A stretch of DNA of 64,000 nucleotides, taken from positions 64,001 through 128,000 of the forward strand of contig PSMU01000002.1 in assembly GCA_040290255.1 (NCBI GenBank), given 5' to 3'. A program made the position numbers and the translations under genes. Of this stretch, positions 1-7,970 are shown piece after piece. The notes beneath the pieces are model-generated. The model saw only the letters and a program-made list of their open reading frames with translations, had not been told where the DNA came from and ran no database searches. This stretch comes from Nitrososphaerota archaeon (lineage in GTDB: Archaea; Thermoproteota; Nitrososphaeria; PSMU01). Within the stretch, counting starts at the first letter, position 1. Every line of letters starts with the position of its first letter.

Positions 1-2
1 GG

Positions 3-1157
3 CTACATCACCTCCCCCGCAACGCCCTTCGCGCTATGCCCAGTCGCATGAAGCCTCGGGGCTGTGGGCTCTCCCTCGCTGAACAGCCAGCGCGCTCGGA
101 CCGCATCCCAGCTCAGCGTGCCCATGCTTAGGTCCTTCGCGATGTGAAGGCCTTCCCGCCTCGCGTAGGAGGCGAGCTGTTCCGCCAGGGAGGGAGGGAG
201 CTCATAGGGCCCCAGGGCCAGAAGCAGGGGGGCGCCGCAGGCAGTGCAGGCCACGCGGCAGAGCAGCAGCTCGGGCAGCACCTCCTGCTTCTCGAGCAGG
301 CCCTCTTCCCTGGGCCGAAGCAGCACGAGGCTCGAGAGCCTGGGATCCGTGAGCCGAGGCGCCCTGAAGAAAACGTTCGCCCCACAGGCCCCGCAGCGCG
401 CGGCATAGGCCTTGCCCACGAGCACAACGCCCCCCTGCTCCCTTTGCTCCTGCTCGGCCTCCGAGGGCAGGGCGGGGCCCCCCTGCGACTCCTCGAGCTC
501 CTCACGCGTTAAGTTCCTGGCCCAGGCTGGCAGCACCTGCTCTAGGGCCTGTAGGGGCATGTTCGCGGCCACCTCCTGCAACCTCTTCGCGCTCAGCTGG
601 TTGGCGGCCGCAAAGGCGGCCAGCACGGGCCAGGCCTCCCTCTCCCTCCTCAGGATGACCTCCAGATGGCTGAAGTTGAAGGTGAAGCCGCTGGCCTTCT
701 CTATGGCATGCAAGAGCGCGAAGAGCCCGGCCGCCTCGAGCGCCTCCATCATCCTCTTCTTCGCCTCTATATCTCGAATGCCATGCCTCTGCGCGAAGGC
801 CGTCAGGAACCCCTCGCCCTGCGTTCTGACCACCCTCCTGAAGAGCAGCAGCTGTTCGAGCGCCGTAAAGTTCCTCCTCTGCTGGCTCGTCCACGCTATA
901 TCCAAGACCTGCTGTGGGTTGAGCTGTAGCTCCACCAGCCTGATGCTCTTGAGCCCCAGCCTCCGGCAGGCCTCCAGCCTCCTGCCCCCATCCACGATCC
1001 AGTAGCCCCCTCCCTCCCTCCTCACCGCCTTCACGGGCTCCTGCTGGCCCACGCGCCTGATGCTATCCATCAAATCGCCCACTTCATCATATCTTATCCT
1101 CACATGTACCAAAGGATGGACTTCGCAGAGCTCCAGCGGCACCTCCTGTGGCTGCAC
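3..1157 (-). CDS. ParB/Srx-like N-terminal domain protein with C-terminal Cys (CGAC, CTAC) putative Zn-binding region
   Basis: N-terminal LMDSIRRVGQQEPV...YWIVDGGRRLEAC matches the ParB/Srx GxRR box. GTG start lies 1 bp from the upstream stop. A GAGGTGA SD-like motif at its 3' end suggests a further gene beyond the window edge. Confidence 0.75.
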   Translation of the reverse strand: MQPQEVPLELCEVHPLVHVRIRYDEVGDLMDSIRRVGQQEPVKAVRREGGGYWIVDGGRRLEACRRLGLKSIRLVELQLNPQQVLDIAWTSQQRRNFTALEQLLLFRRVVRTQGEGFLTAFAQRHGIRDIEAKKRMMEALEAAGLFALLHAIEKASGFTFNFSHLEVILRREREAWPVLAAFAAANQLSAKRLQEVAANMPLQALEQVLPAWARNLTREELEESQGGPALPSEAEQEQREQGGVVLVGKAYAARCGACGANVFFRAPRLTDPRLSSLVLLRPREEGLLEKQEVLPELLLCRVACTACGAPLLLALGPYELPPSLAEQLASYARREGLHIAKDLSMGTLSWDAVRARWLFSEGEPTAPRLHATGHSAKGVAGEVM

Positions 1158-1158
1158 T

Positions 1159-2367
1159 TCAGTTCTCCTCTAGGCTCAGCGCCAGCCTATAGAGCTCCGA
1201 CCAGCGCGCTCCCGTCCTCTCCTCGAGCTCCTGGGGCACCAGCAGCCCCTTTAGCCCCGTGTAGCCCCTGGAGCCCCTGGTGAGGCCCAGCTCCACGGCA
1301 AGCGTGTAAAGCTCCAGCCTCTGGGCCATGGGCAGCGAGCGGAAGAGCTCCATATCCGCGGCGATGAGCGCGGCGGCCACCTGCTTTTCGCTTGCGATGG
1401 GAAGCGCGGGGCTCAGGTAGGAGCTGGCCCTCCTCTCCAGCTCCCTCAGCAGGCCCGCCTTCTCCAGCAGGAGGCGCGATGCCGCCAGGTTCTGGGGCGA
1501 GAGGCGCCTCCTCGCGCTGGCCAGGAGCTGCTGATGGCCAAGGCTGATGCTCAGCTCCTTTCCACAGTAGGCCAAGAGCCTCAGCACGTATGAAAACTCG
1601 CTGGGCCTTAGAGTGACGGTTATGCGCGGGGCCCAAGCAGCCTCGGCATCCTCCTGCTCCGTCGCCAGCAGCAGGGCTCCTTCGCTTCCCGTGGCGCTGA
1701 GCAGCTTCGTGGCGCTCATCAGCCTCCCCTTGACCAGGCAATCCCTGAGCAAAGGGGCCCAGCGCGCGATGACTATGCCCCGCGTGCCGCTCACCATCAG
1801 CTGCGCCTCCCTGGGCTCGCCATCCACGTACAACCTGATGCCGCTCTTCGATTTGGAGCGAATAAGGAGGCGGAGCGCGGGCAGCCTCAAGTTGAGCAGG
1901 CCCAGCCTTCTTGCTACGGGATGAAACTGGGCCTTCGCGAGGACCTCCAGCACCTCAAGCTTGCTGAGCCCCGCCTCTAAGCCCTGCAGGTAGAAGGCCA
2001 GCACCGTGGCCTGATAGGGAAGGAGCCTGAGCCCTCGCTCATTCGCCCTCCTGTAGAGCGCCCAGGCCCTGTACTCCAGCAGCTCCCGCTCGAGAAGGGC
2101 GCAGTGGCTCGTCAGGAGCGCGCAGAGCGCGCTGATGCTTTCGTTGGGCCCCTCAGCGCCCAGCGCCCTCAGCGCCACGTACTCCCTTCTCCCCACCCCC
2201 CTGCCGAGGATCGCCTCCATCTCCCTTCTGGAGAGCCTTGAGCCGGGCGGAAGGCCTGGGCAGCCCGGGAGATGCGCATCCGCCATCTGTCCAGGCGCGC
2301 CGTAATCGGGGGCTTCAAGGGCCCTGTCTAGGCCAACCTTATCTTGAAGCCCCCTGCGCGCCGCCAT
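1159..2367 (-). CDS. Hypothetical protein with divergent TFB/TFIIB-like cyclin repeats
   Basis: 402-aa ORF preceded by an AT-rich TATA-like element at about 2390-2400. Segments LLEYRAWALYRRANERGL and GLLRELERRA...VAAALIAA resemble the two TFB cyclin repeats (by eye). Confidence 0.55.
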   Translation of the reverse strand: MAARRGLQDKVGLDRALEAPDYGAPGQMADAHLPGCPGLPPGSRLSRREMEAILGRGVGRREYVALRALGAEGPNESISALCALLTSHCALLERELLEYRAWALYRRANERGLRLLPYQATVLAFYLQGLEAGLSKLEVLEVLAKAQFHPVARRLGLLNLRLPALRLLIRSKSKSGIRLYVDGEPREAQLMVSGTRGIVIARWAPLLRDCLVKGRLMSATKLLSATGSEGALLLATEQEDAEAAWAPRITVTLRPSEFSYVLRLLAYCGKELSISLGHQQLLASARRRLSPQNLAASRLLLEKAGLLRELERRASSYLSPALPIASEKQVAAALIAADMELFRSLPMAQRLELYTLAVELGLTRGSRGYTGLKGLLVPQELEERTGARWSELYRLALSLEEN

Positions 2368-2464
2368 CCTAGGGCATTTTGCCAGAAAAGGATTTAAGCT
2401 TTTTCCGTATTTTTACCTACAGAGCCCAGGAAAACTTAACTTTTCCCGCGCGCCGCTGGCGCAG

Positions 2465-3646
2465 TTGGAGCCCGTGATCATAGATGCGGTGCGCACGCCC
2501 ATAGGCAAGTACGGCGGCGCGCTCAGCTCCGTTAGGCCCGATGACCTGGCCGCGCTGGTGTTAAAAGCGCTGGTGGAGAGAAATCACGTCCCGCCGGAGC
2601 TGATAGATGACGTGATCATGGGCTGCGGAAACCAGGCCGGCGAGGATAACAGGAACGTGGCCAGGATGGCGGTGCTGCTGGCCGGCCTTCCTCCCAGCGT
2701 TCCCGGAGTTACCGTGAATAGGCTCTGCTCCTCAGGCCTAGACGCCGTGAACATCGCTTCATGGAGGATAAGGGCCGGCGAGGCGCAGCTCATCATAGCC
2801 GGAGGGGTTGAGAGCATGAGCCGCGCCCCCTTTGTCTTGGCCAAGCCCGAGGTACCCTTCCAGAGGGAGCTGAGGGTCCATGATACCACGTTGGGCTGGA
2901 GGTTCGTGAACCCCAAGCTGCTCCAGCGCTATAGGCCCCTGAGCATGGGCGAGACCGCGGAGGTATTGGCCGAAAGGTACGGCATCACGAGGCGGGAGCA
3001 GGATGAGTATGCCCTGGAGAGCCACAGAAGGGCCGCGCGTGCCACGAGATCCGGCCGCTTCATGAAGGAGATCCTGCCCGTGCCCGTCGATGGAGGGTTT
3101 GTGAAGGAGGATGAGGGCATAAGGTACGATACGAGCCTAGAGAAGCTGGCGAAGCTCAGGCCGGCCTTTAAAGAGGGGGGCACGGTCACCGCGGGCAACT
3201 CCTCGCAGATCAGCGACGGCGCGGCGGCGCTGCTGATAGCTTCGCGCGAGATGGCGGACAGGCTGGGCCTCAGGCCCATGGCCCGCATCGTGGCTTCTGG
3301 CATAGCCGGCGTGCACCCGGACCTTATGGGCCTAGGCCCCATTCCCGCAACCAGGCAGGCGCTGGAGAGGGCGAAGCTGGGCCTCGAGCACATGGAGCTG
3401 ATAGAGCTGAACGAGGCCTTCGCCGCGCAGGTGCTGGCCTGCCTCAGGGAGATGCCCATGGACATGAACAAGTTGAACCCCAACGGAGGGGCCATAGCCC
3501 TGGGCCATCCCATAGGCTGCAGCGGCGCGAGGATCCTCACCACGCTTCTCTATGAGATGCGAGAGCGACGGGCAGCGTTGGGCCTTGCCGCGCTGTGCGT
3601 TGGCGTGGGTCAGGGAGAGGCCATCATCGTGGAGAGGGAGGGGTAG
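2465..3646 (+). CDS. Acetyl-CoA C-acyltransferase (thiolase), PaaJ/PcaF-like
   Basis: Thiolase motifs NRLCSSG, NEAFA, GHPIGCSG and CVGVG; TTG start. Confidence 0.93.
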   Translation: MEPVIIDAVRTPIGKYGGALSSVRPDDLAALVLKALVERNHVPPELIDDVIMGCGNQAGEDNRNVARMAVLLAGLPPSVPGVTVNRLCSSGLDAVNIASWRIRAGEAQLIIAGGVESMSRAPFVLAKPEVPFQRELRVHDTTLGWRFVNPKLLQRYRPLSMGETAEVLAERYGITRREQDEYALESHRRAARATRSGRFMKEILPVPVDGGFVKEDEGIRYDTSLEKLAKLRPAFKEGGTVTAGNSSQISDGAAALLIASREMADRLGLRPMARIVASGIAGVHPDLMGLGPIPATRQALERAKLGLEHMELIELNEAFAAQVLACLREMPMDMNKLNPNGGAIALGHPIGCSGARILTTLLYEMRERRAALGLAALCVGVGQGEAIIVEREG

Positions 3647-3680
3647 AGGGATTAGGGCGCTAAGGAGGACAAAAGCCACC

Positions 3681-3732
3681 ATCTATTCATAAAAAAAGGA
3701 ACAAGTTCTCATAAACACAATCGAGTATAGAT
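3681..3732 (+). promoter_or_regulatory. AT-rich promoter/operator region of the 48-aa micro-ORF
   Basis: TCATAAA occurs at 3687 and 3709 (22 bp apart); the second copy is about 25-30 bp upstream of ATG 3740. ATCTAT (3681) and ATAGAT (3727) form an inverted pair. Confidence 0.5.
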
Positions 3733-3739
3733 TTCTGGC

Positions 3740-3886
3740 ATGGATTCCGAAACCAGGCTCAAGCTGGCCGTGGTGGCGGTCAGCCTGGGCGTAGCTGCGG
3801 CAACGGCGCTGGCAACCACGCTGGGCGTAGCGCCCACTGCCACCGTGCTCGGGGCAGAGGCCGCGAACTACGGCGTTACGATTTAA
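3740..3886 (+). CDS. 48-aa small peptide with signal-peptide-like N-terminus (MDSETRLKLAVVAVSLGVAAATALATTLGVAPTATVLGAEAANYGVTI)
   Basis: Read directly, ATG 3740 to TAA 3886; it is below the ORF-track size cutoff. It has GC-rich third codon positions like neighbouring genes, a TATA-like element at leaderless spacing, a basic n-region, a hydrophobic h-region and A-L-A at residues 23-25. Confidence 0.75.
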   Translation: MDSETRLKLAVVAVSLGVAAATALATTLGVAPTATVLGAEAANYGVTI

Positions 3887-3910
3887 GGCTGCTCTCACCT
3901 CAGCTTCAAG

Positions 3911-5020
3911 TTAGCGGGCCGTTATTTCTTTCTGCAAGAGCTGCACCGCTCTTACAGCTATATCGGAATCAAAGAGCCACCTGCCCGAGCTGGCGTCGAA
4001 CATATGCGATGGGAAAAGGTATGCCGTAGCCGTATTGCGATCTATAAATGCGATCCTTAGTTTAGCCGCGACTTCGGGCGGCAGGCGCTCGCTGAGCCAG
4101 GTGGCCGCCTCTATGAACTGATATTGGGGTATGACTGCCTCGGAGTATAGGAACGTCCTATCATCGTTGTAGAAGATGGCCCAAGAAAAGGGCAGGGACG
4201 TCAGCGCCCCCAGCGCCGAAACATACTCTGAGTATGTTAAATTCTCCAGCCAGATCTTCGGGTACAAGACCCTGTGCGCAGGCGTGATGGCTGGCTCGCC
4301 CGTCCATAAGACGTTATACCCGCTCAGAAGCCTCCTTCCCACCAGATGCGCCTTATAATGATAAAGGACGGTCTTAAGCGTGAGCTTCTTATCGATCTCG
4401 GCGGCGAGGCCCATGAACTCCTCCGCAGGGTTCTTCTGTATTGCCCTGGCCATCTTCACATCGAGCGCATCGAACAGCGATGGCTGCAAATCCTCAGCCA
4501 GGATGGGTTGGCCCACGCTGTCCAATTCCTTCCAGTTGATGCTCCATGTCCTGTGCTGAAAGTCAAAGAACTCGGGCCGGAAGGGTAACGGCACCCTCGC
4601 CGATGTGACGTAGGCCTTGTAGGCCTCGACCAGCTCCATCTCCTTAAGCTTGTTCATGAACTCTAGAAAGGCAGAGGTTTTGTCCGCCGGCAAGTAGAAG
4701 TACGCGATCAGGCTCTTATCGAAGAGCGTCCTCGCGAAGAAGGAGCAATAGGCCACTTCGGCCAGCAGCTTTCCAAAGCTCATTTCGTGGCCATGCAGCA
4801 CCTTCGAGAGCCGCAGGATGGAGATGACGGGCCTCAGCCCGAACTTGGCATAATTTATCACAGGCACGCATCTGAAGCCCATATTGTTTAGCTTGCCGAC
4901 CCAATAGCGCACCGTCTCCGGATGGTGCCCCACCTCGCGTGCTATTGCGCTGATGTTACGGGGGCCAAGGATCTGTAGATACTCAACCAGCTTGCGGGGG
5001 TCTACCACCTTCTTGGGCAA
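3911..5020 (-). CDS. Tandem Lrp/AsnC-like (HTH + RAM-like domain x2) transcriptional regulator
   Basis: N-terminal HTH PRNISAIAREVGHHPETVRYWVGKL followed by INYAKFGL. A second repeat begins FDALDVKMARAIQKN...TVLYHYKAHL. Each half ends in an FD..x..W motif. Confidence 0.75.
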   Translation of the reverse strand: MPKKVVDPRKLVEYLQILGPRNISAIAREVGHHPETVRYWVGKLNNMGFRCVPVINYAKFGLRPVISILRLSKVLHGHEMSFGKLLAEVAYCSFFARTLFDKSLIAYFYLPADKTSAFLEFMNKLKEMELVEAYKAYVTSARVPLPFRPEFFDFQHRTWSINWKELDSVGQPILAEDLQPSLFDALDVKMARAIQKNPAEEFMGLAAEIDKKLTLKTVLYHYKAHLVGRRLLSGYNVLWTGEPAITPAHRVLYPKIWLENLTYSEYVSALGALTSLPFSWAIFYNDDRTFLYSEAVIPQYQFIEAATWLSERLPPEVAAKLRIAFIDRNTATAYLFPSHMFDASSGRWLFDSDIAVRAVQLLQKEITAR

Positions 5021-5136
5021 GCTCGCTCGTGCCTTTCGCCCCCGCCCACCTTCATTATTTAAGTTTCGAGGTGGCCACGATTTATCACATCGCTCCAGAG
5101 CTGTAGTTTATATCCTCCTTCCGCCCGCGGGGCCCT

Positions 5137-5556
5137 ATGGAGGAGCAGGTCAAGGAGGCTATTATAGCCTATCTTGAGGCGGCGAAGGAGAAGGACTTCT
5201 CGCGCCTCTCCTCGCTAAAGGCCGCGGAGTTCACCAAATTCGGCGAGGTTTCGCCCTATCACAGGCTCGAGCTTCCCGAGGCCAATGCCCTGGAACAGCT
5301 GCAGTTCGCCTCGCTCGCGGACCTCACCTATGAGATAGAGGACCTGAGGGTTCAGGTTTACGGCGACATAGCCCTGGCCTCCTTCCTGCTGAGCCTCAAG
5401 GGGGTGCTGGTGGACGATTACAGCTTCACGGGGGCCCTTCACCGCTCGCTGATCAGGGCCACGATGGTGCTCAGGCGTGAGCGGGGGCGATGGCTACATC
5501 TGCACCACCACCTCTCCTCCCTGCCCGAGGGCGAGCGGCGGGGCCAGCGCAAATGA
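5137..5556 (+). CDS. SnoaL/NTF2-like fold protein
   Basis: Pattern DLRVQVYGDIALASF...RATMVLRRERGRWLHLHHHLS. Confidence 0.75.
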   Translation: MEEQVKEAIIAYLEAAKEKDFSRLSSLKAAEFTKFGEVSPYHRLELPEANALEQLQFASLADLTYEIEDLRVQVYGDIALASFLLSLKGVLVDDYSFTGALHRSLIRATMVLRRERGRWLHLHHHLSSLPEGERRGQRK

Positions 5557-5563
5557 TGGGCAG

Positions 5564-6028
5564 CTAAATCAGGCCCTTAAAGTCTTCGGGGAAGAGTAAA
5601 GGCCTTGGCAGGGTCTTGAACCACCTTGCCTCCAACACCCCGCTTCCCCTCCTTATCCTAGCCCCCTCGGGCACCTTCGCTTCATAGATCAGGAAGTGCT
5701 TGGTAACGCGTCTCCTGCCCGCCCTAAAGCGTAGCCTCACAAGCTTTGCCAGCCTGAGCTCAGAAAGCCTTAGGCCCACCTCCTCCAGGGCCTCCCTTCT
5801 GGCTGCCTGCTCGGGCGGCTCGCCTGGCTCCAGGGCCCCGCCCACCATCAGCCACCTATCCCTTCTTCCCTCCTTATCCTCCCTGATGAGCAGAAGGCTC
5901 TCCCCTCTCCATATGAGCAGGCCCACGCCCAGGATGCGAGGGCCCTGCTTCAGGCGCTCCAGCGCTGCCTCATCGACAACAAGCGTCCTCTCCTCTATCA
6001 GATAGGGCTCACGCCGCCCTGGCTTCAA
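5564..6028 (-). CDS. NUDIX hydrolase
   Basis: Nudix box GGALEPGEPPEQAARREALEEVG; overlaps the 3' end of gap. Confidence 0.88.
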   Translation of the reverse strand: MKPGRREPYLIEERTLVVDEAALERLKQGPRILGVGLLIWRGESLLLIREDKEGRRDRWLMVGGALEPGEPPEQAARREALEEVGLRLSELRLAKLVRLRFRAGRRRVTKHFLIYEAKVPEGARIRRGSGVLEARWFKTLPRPLLFPEDFKGLI

Positions 6029-7058
6029 GCTTTAGCTGGCCGGAGAGGATGCCCAGGCTCCTGTCCGTCTTGGCCATGGAGGCGGCCCCATCGCCGAGGT
6101 TCAGCATGGCCCTTATCGCATCTATGTTCTCCGGCGCCACGATGGCCTCCTGATGAATGGCCATAAAGAAGAAGAGCCTCCTTCCCTCGACGTGGAGCGA
6201 ATCGCCCCAGATCACGGCTTCATAGAGGTCTCCCCTCTCCCTGCCCAGCTCCCTGGCATAATCGATCAGGTGCGCCGTGGACTTAAAGCCCTCGGAAGAG
6301 CTCACCACGAGCAGGCGCGGGCTCGAGGCCAGCCGCTCGGCCACCTGCTGGGCCGAGGCCTCCCGCTTCAGGTCAACCATTATGCTGTGGGCGTGCATGT
6401 GTGTGGTGGGCACCTTAAGGGCCATCGTCACTATGTTGAGGTTCTGGAGCACCGTGCGCACGTCCTGCGCATGATGTGAGGGGATCGAGACCGGGTCGGG
6501 AACGATGGCATCGATGGGCCCCTTGGATGTTTCGTGCGGGTCCGCGGCCCTGCGCGCGAGGACCGCCACCGCCCTCTCGATGCCGAAGGCGCCATCTATG
6601 GCGTGAAGCGCCCTGCAGAGGGCCGTGGTATTGCAGGAGACGACCCTCACGAACCTGGCCCCGCGCGCCCTTTCGTAATTGCACTGGGCCACGAAGGAGA
6701 GGTCGGCCACCTCGGGCTCCTCGCCGCCCTGAAAGACCGCCCTGACGCCCTTGCTCTCATAGAGCCTCCTGTTCTCCGCGCCTATCCCCTCGGGCGATGC
6801 GTCCAGACATACATCCACCTGCCCCAGCAAATCCTCCAGCGTGCCGGCCACGGCCATGCCCCTCTTCTCGAAGGCCCTGGCCCCCTCCTCGTTCACCGCG
6901 TAAAGGCGAATGCCCCTCTGCAGCGCCAGCCTTGCCCTGTAGTCGGGCGTCTCCTTGACCACGCCCACCAGCGCCATATCATCCTGCCTGAGGACCGCGT
7001 TGGCCAGCCTCCTGCCTATCGTGCCGTAGCCCACTACGCCCACCCTCACGCGCGCCAC
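6009..7058 (-). CDS. gap: Archaeal type II glyceraldehyde-3-phosphate dehydrogenase (phosphorylating)
   Basis: GYGTIGRR Rossmann motif, catalytic VVSCNTT, PSHH and IHQEAIV..ENIDAIRA. Confidence 0.96.
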   Translation of the reverse strand: MARVRVGVVGYGTIGRRLANAVLRQDDMALVGVVKETPDYRARLALQRGIRLYAVNEEGARAFEKRGMAVAGTLEDLLGQVDVCLDASPEGIGAENRRLYESKGVRAVFQGGEEPEVADLSFVAQCNYERARGARFVRVVSCNTTALCRALHAIDGAFGIERAVAVLARRAADPHETSKGPIDAIVPDPVSIPSHHAQDVRTVLQNLNIVTMALKVPTTHMHAHSIMVDLKREASAQQVAERLASSPRLLVVSSSEGFKSTAHLIDYARELGRERGDLYEAVIWGDSLHVEGRRLFFFMAIHQEAIVAPENIDAIRAMLNLGDGAASMAKTDRSLGILSGQLKLEARAA

Positions 7059-7105
7059 GCGGGCTCAGCCCTGCGCGGGACTTTTAAGCTTTGGCCGCTC
7101 AGCTG

Positions 7106-7207
7106 GGCGCGGTTAGCTGCAAAGGCGTGTATAAAGGTGCGGTTTGCTTTCCGCGTTATACTGCGCGGCGAGAGCGGCTTTTATACATCCTCTAGCATAA
7201 CCGCGCC
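7106..7207. repeat. Imperfect ~100-bp inverted repeat / long hairpin between divergent genes
   Basis: Paired arms GGCGCGGTTA (7106)/TAACCGCGCC (7198) and TGTATAAA (7128)/TTTATACA (7180), with an inner stem GCTTTCCGCG/CGCGG..AGAGC. Confidence 0.6.
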
Positions 7208-7921
7208 GTGGGCATCAAGGTCGAGGAGCTGGAGGAGAGGCTGAGGGCCGTGAAGCTCCTGAGGGCGCTGAAACAGGCGAGGACCTATCGCGAGCTCTCC
7301 GAGGCCCTGGGCCTCCCCATCCCCGTGCTCTACAGGTATGTGAGCGGGAGGGTGCTGCCCAGCCTCGAGAGGGCGAGGAGCGTGGAGGGCCTGCTCAGGT
7401 CCACCGAGCCCCTGGACGTGGCGCTGAAGAGGGAACTCAGGCTGGAGAACGGCTTCGTGGACAACACGCGCCTGCTCTCGAGCGTGCTGCTGCTGGAGCA
7501 GCTGGCGGAGGAGAAGGCCAAGGCCTGGAGGGGTCTGAACATCAACAAGGTCCTCACGCTGGCCGTGGACGGCGTCGCCATAGCCACCCTCTTCGCGCTC
7601 AAGCTGGGGGCCCAGCTCGTGGTGGCGAAGGACATGAAGGAGCCCGGCGTCAGGAGGTTCTACACGGAGGAGGTGGTCTTCAGCAGCGGCGTGCGCAAGT
7701 TCCTCCATGTGCCCTATCACCTCCTGGCGAAGGGGGATAGGGTGCTCATCGTCGACGATATGGTAAAGAGGGGCAGCCAGCTCGAGGCCCTGCTCAGGAT
7801 CGTGGAGAGGGCGAGGGCTAAGGTGGTGAAGTGCTTCATCCTGCTCGCCGTGGGCGATGGCTACAGGGAGCTGGAGAGGAGGCTGGGGCTCGATGTGGAG
7901 GCCTTCCTTCACATAGAGTAG
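7208..7921 (+). CDS. HTH-containing purine phosphoribosyltransferase-family protein (PurR-like architecture)
   Basis: N-terminal HTH TYRELSEALGLPIPVLYRYVSGRVLP and PRPP-binding motif VLIVDDMVKRG. Confidence 0.85.
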   Translation: MGIKVEELEERLRAVKLLRALKQARTYRELSEALGLPIPVLYRYVSGRVLPSLERARSVEGLLRSTEPLDVALKRELRLENGFVDNTRLLSSVLLLEQLAEEKAKAWRGLNINKVLTLAVDGVAIATLFALKLGAQLVVAKDMKEPGVRRFYTEEVVFSSGVRKFLHVPYHLLAKGDRVLIVDDMVKRGSQLEALLRIVERARAKVVKCFILLAVGDGYRELERRLGLDVEAFLHIE

Positions 7922-7970
7922 CGAGGGCTGGAAAGTCTTATAAGAAGGCCCTAGGGAGGCGCCTTTTGGG

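Noticed and set aside
3683-3898. 71-aa minus-strand ORF in the ORF track
   Set aside because: Antisense shadow of the 48-aa plus-strand peptide; it runs through that gene's promoter and has no recognisable features.
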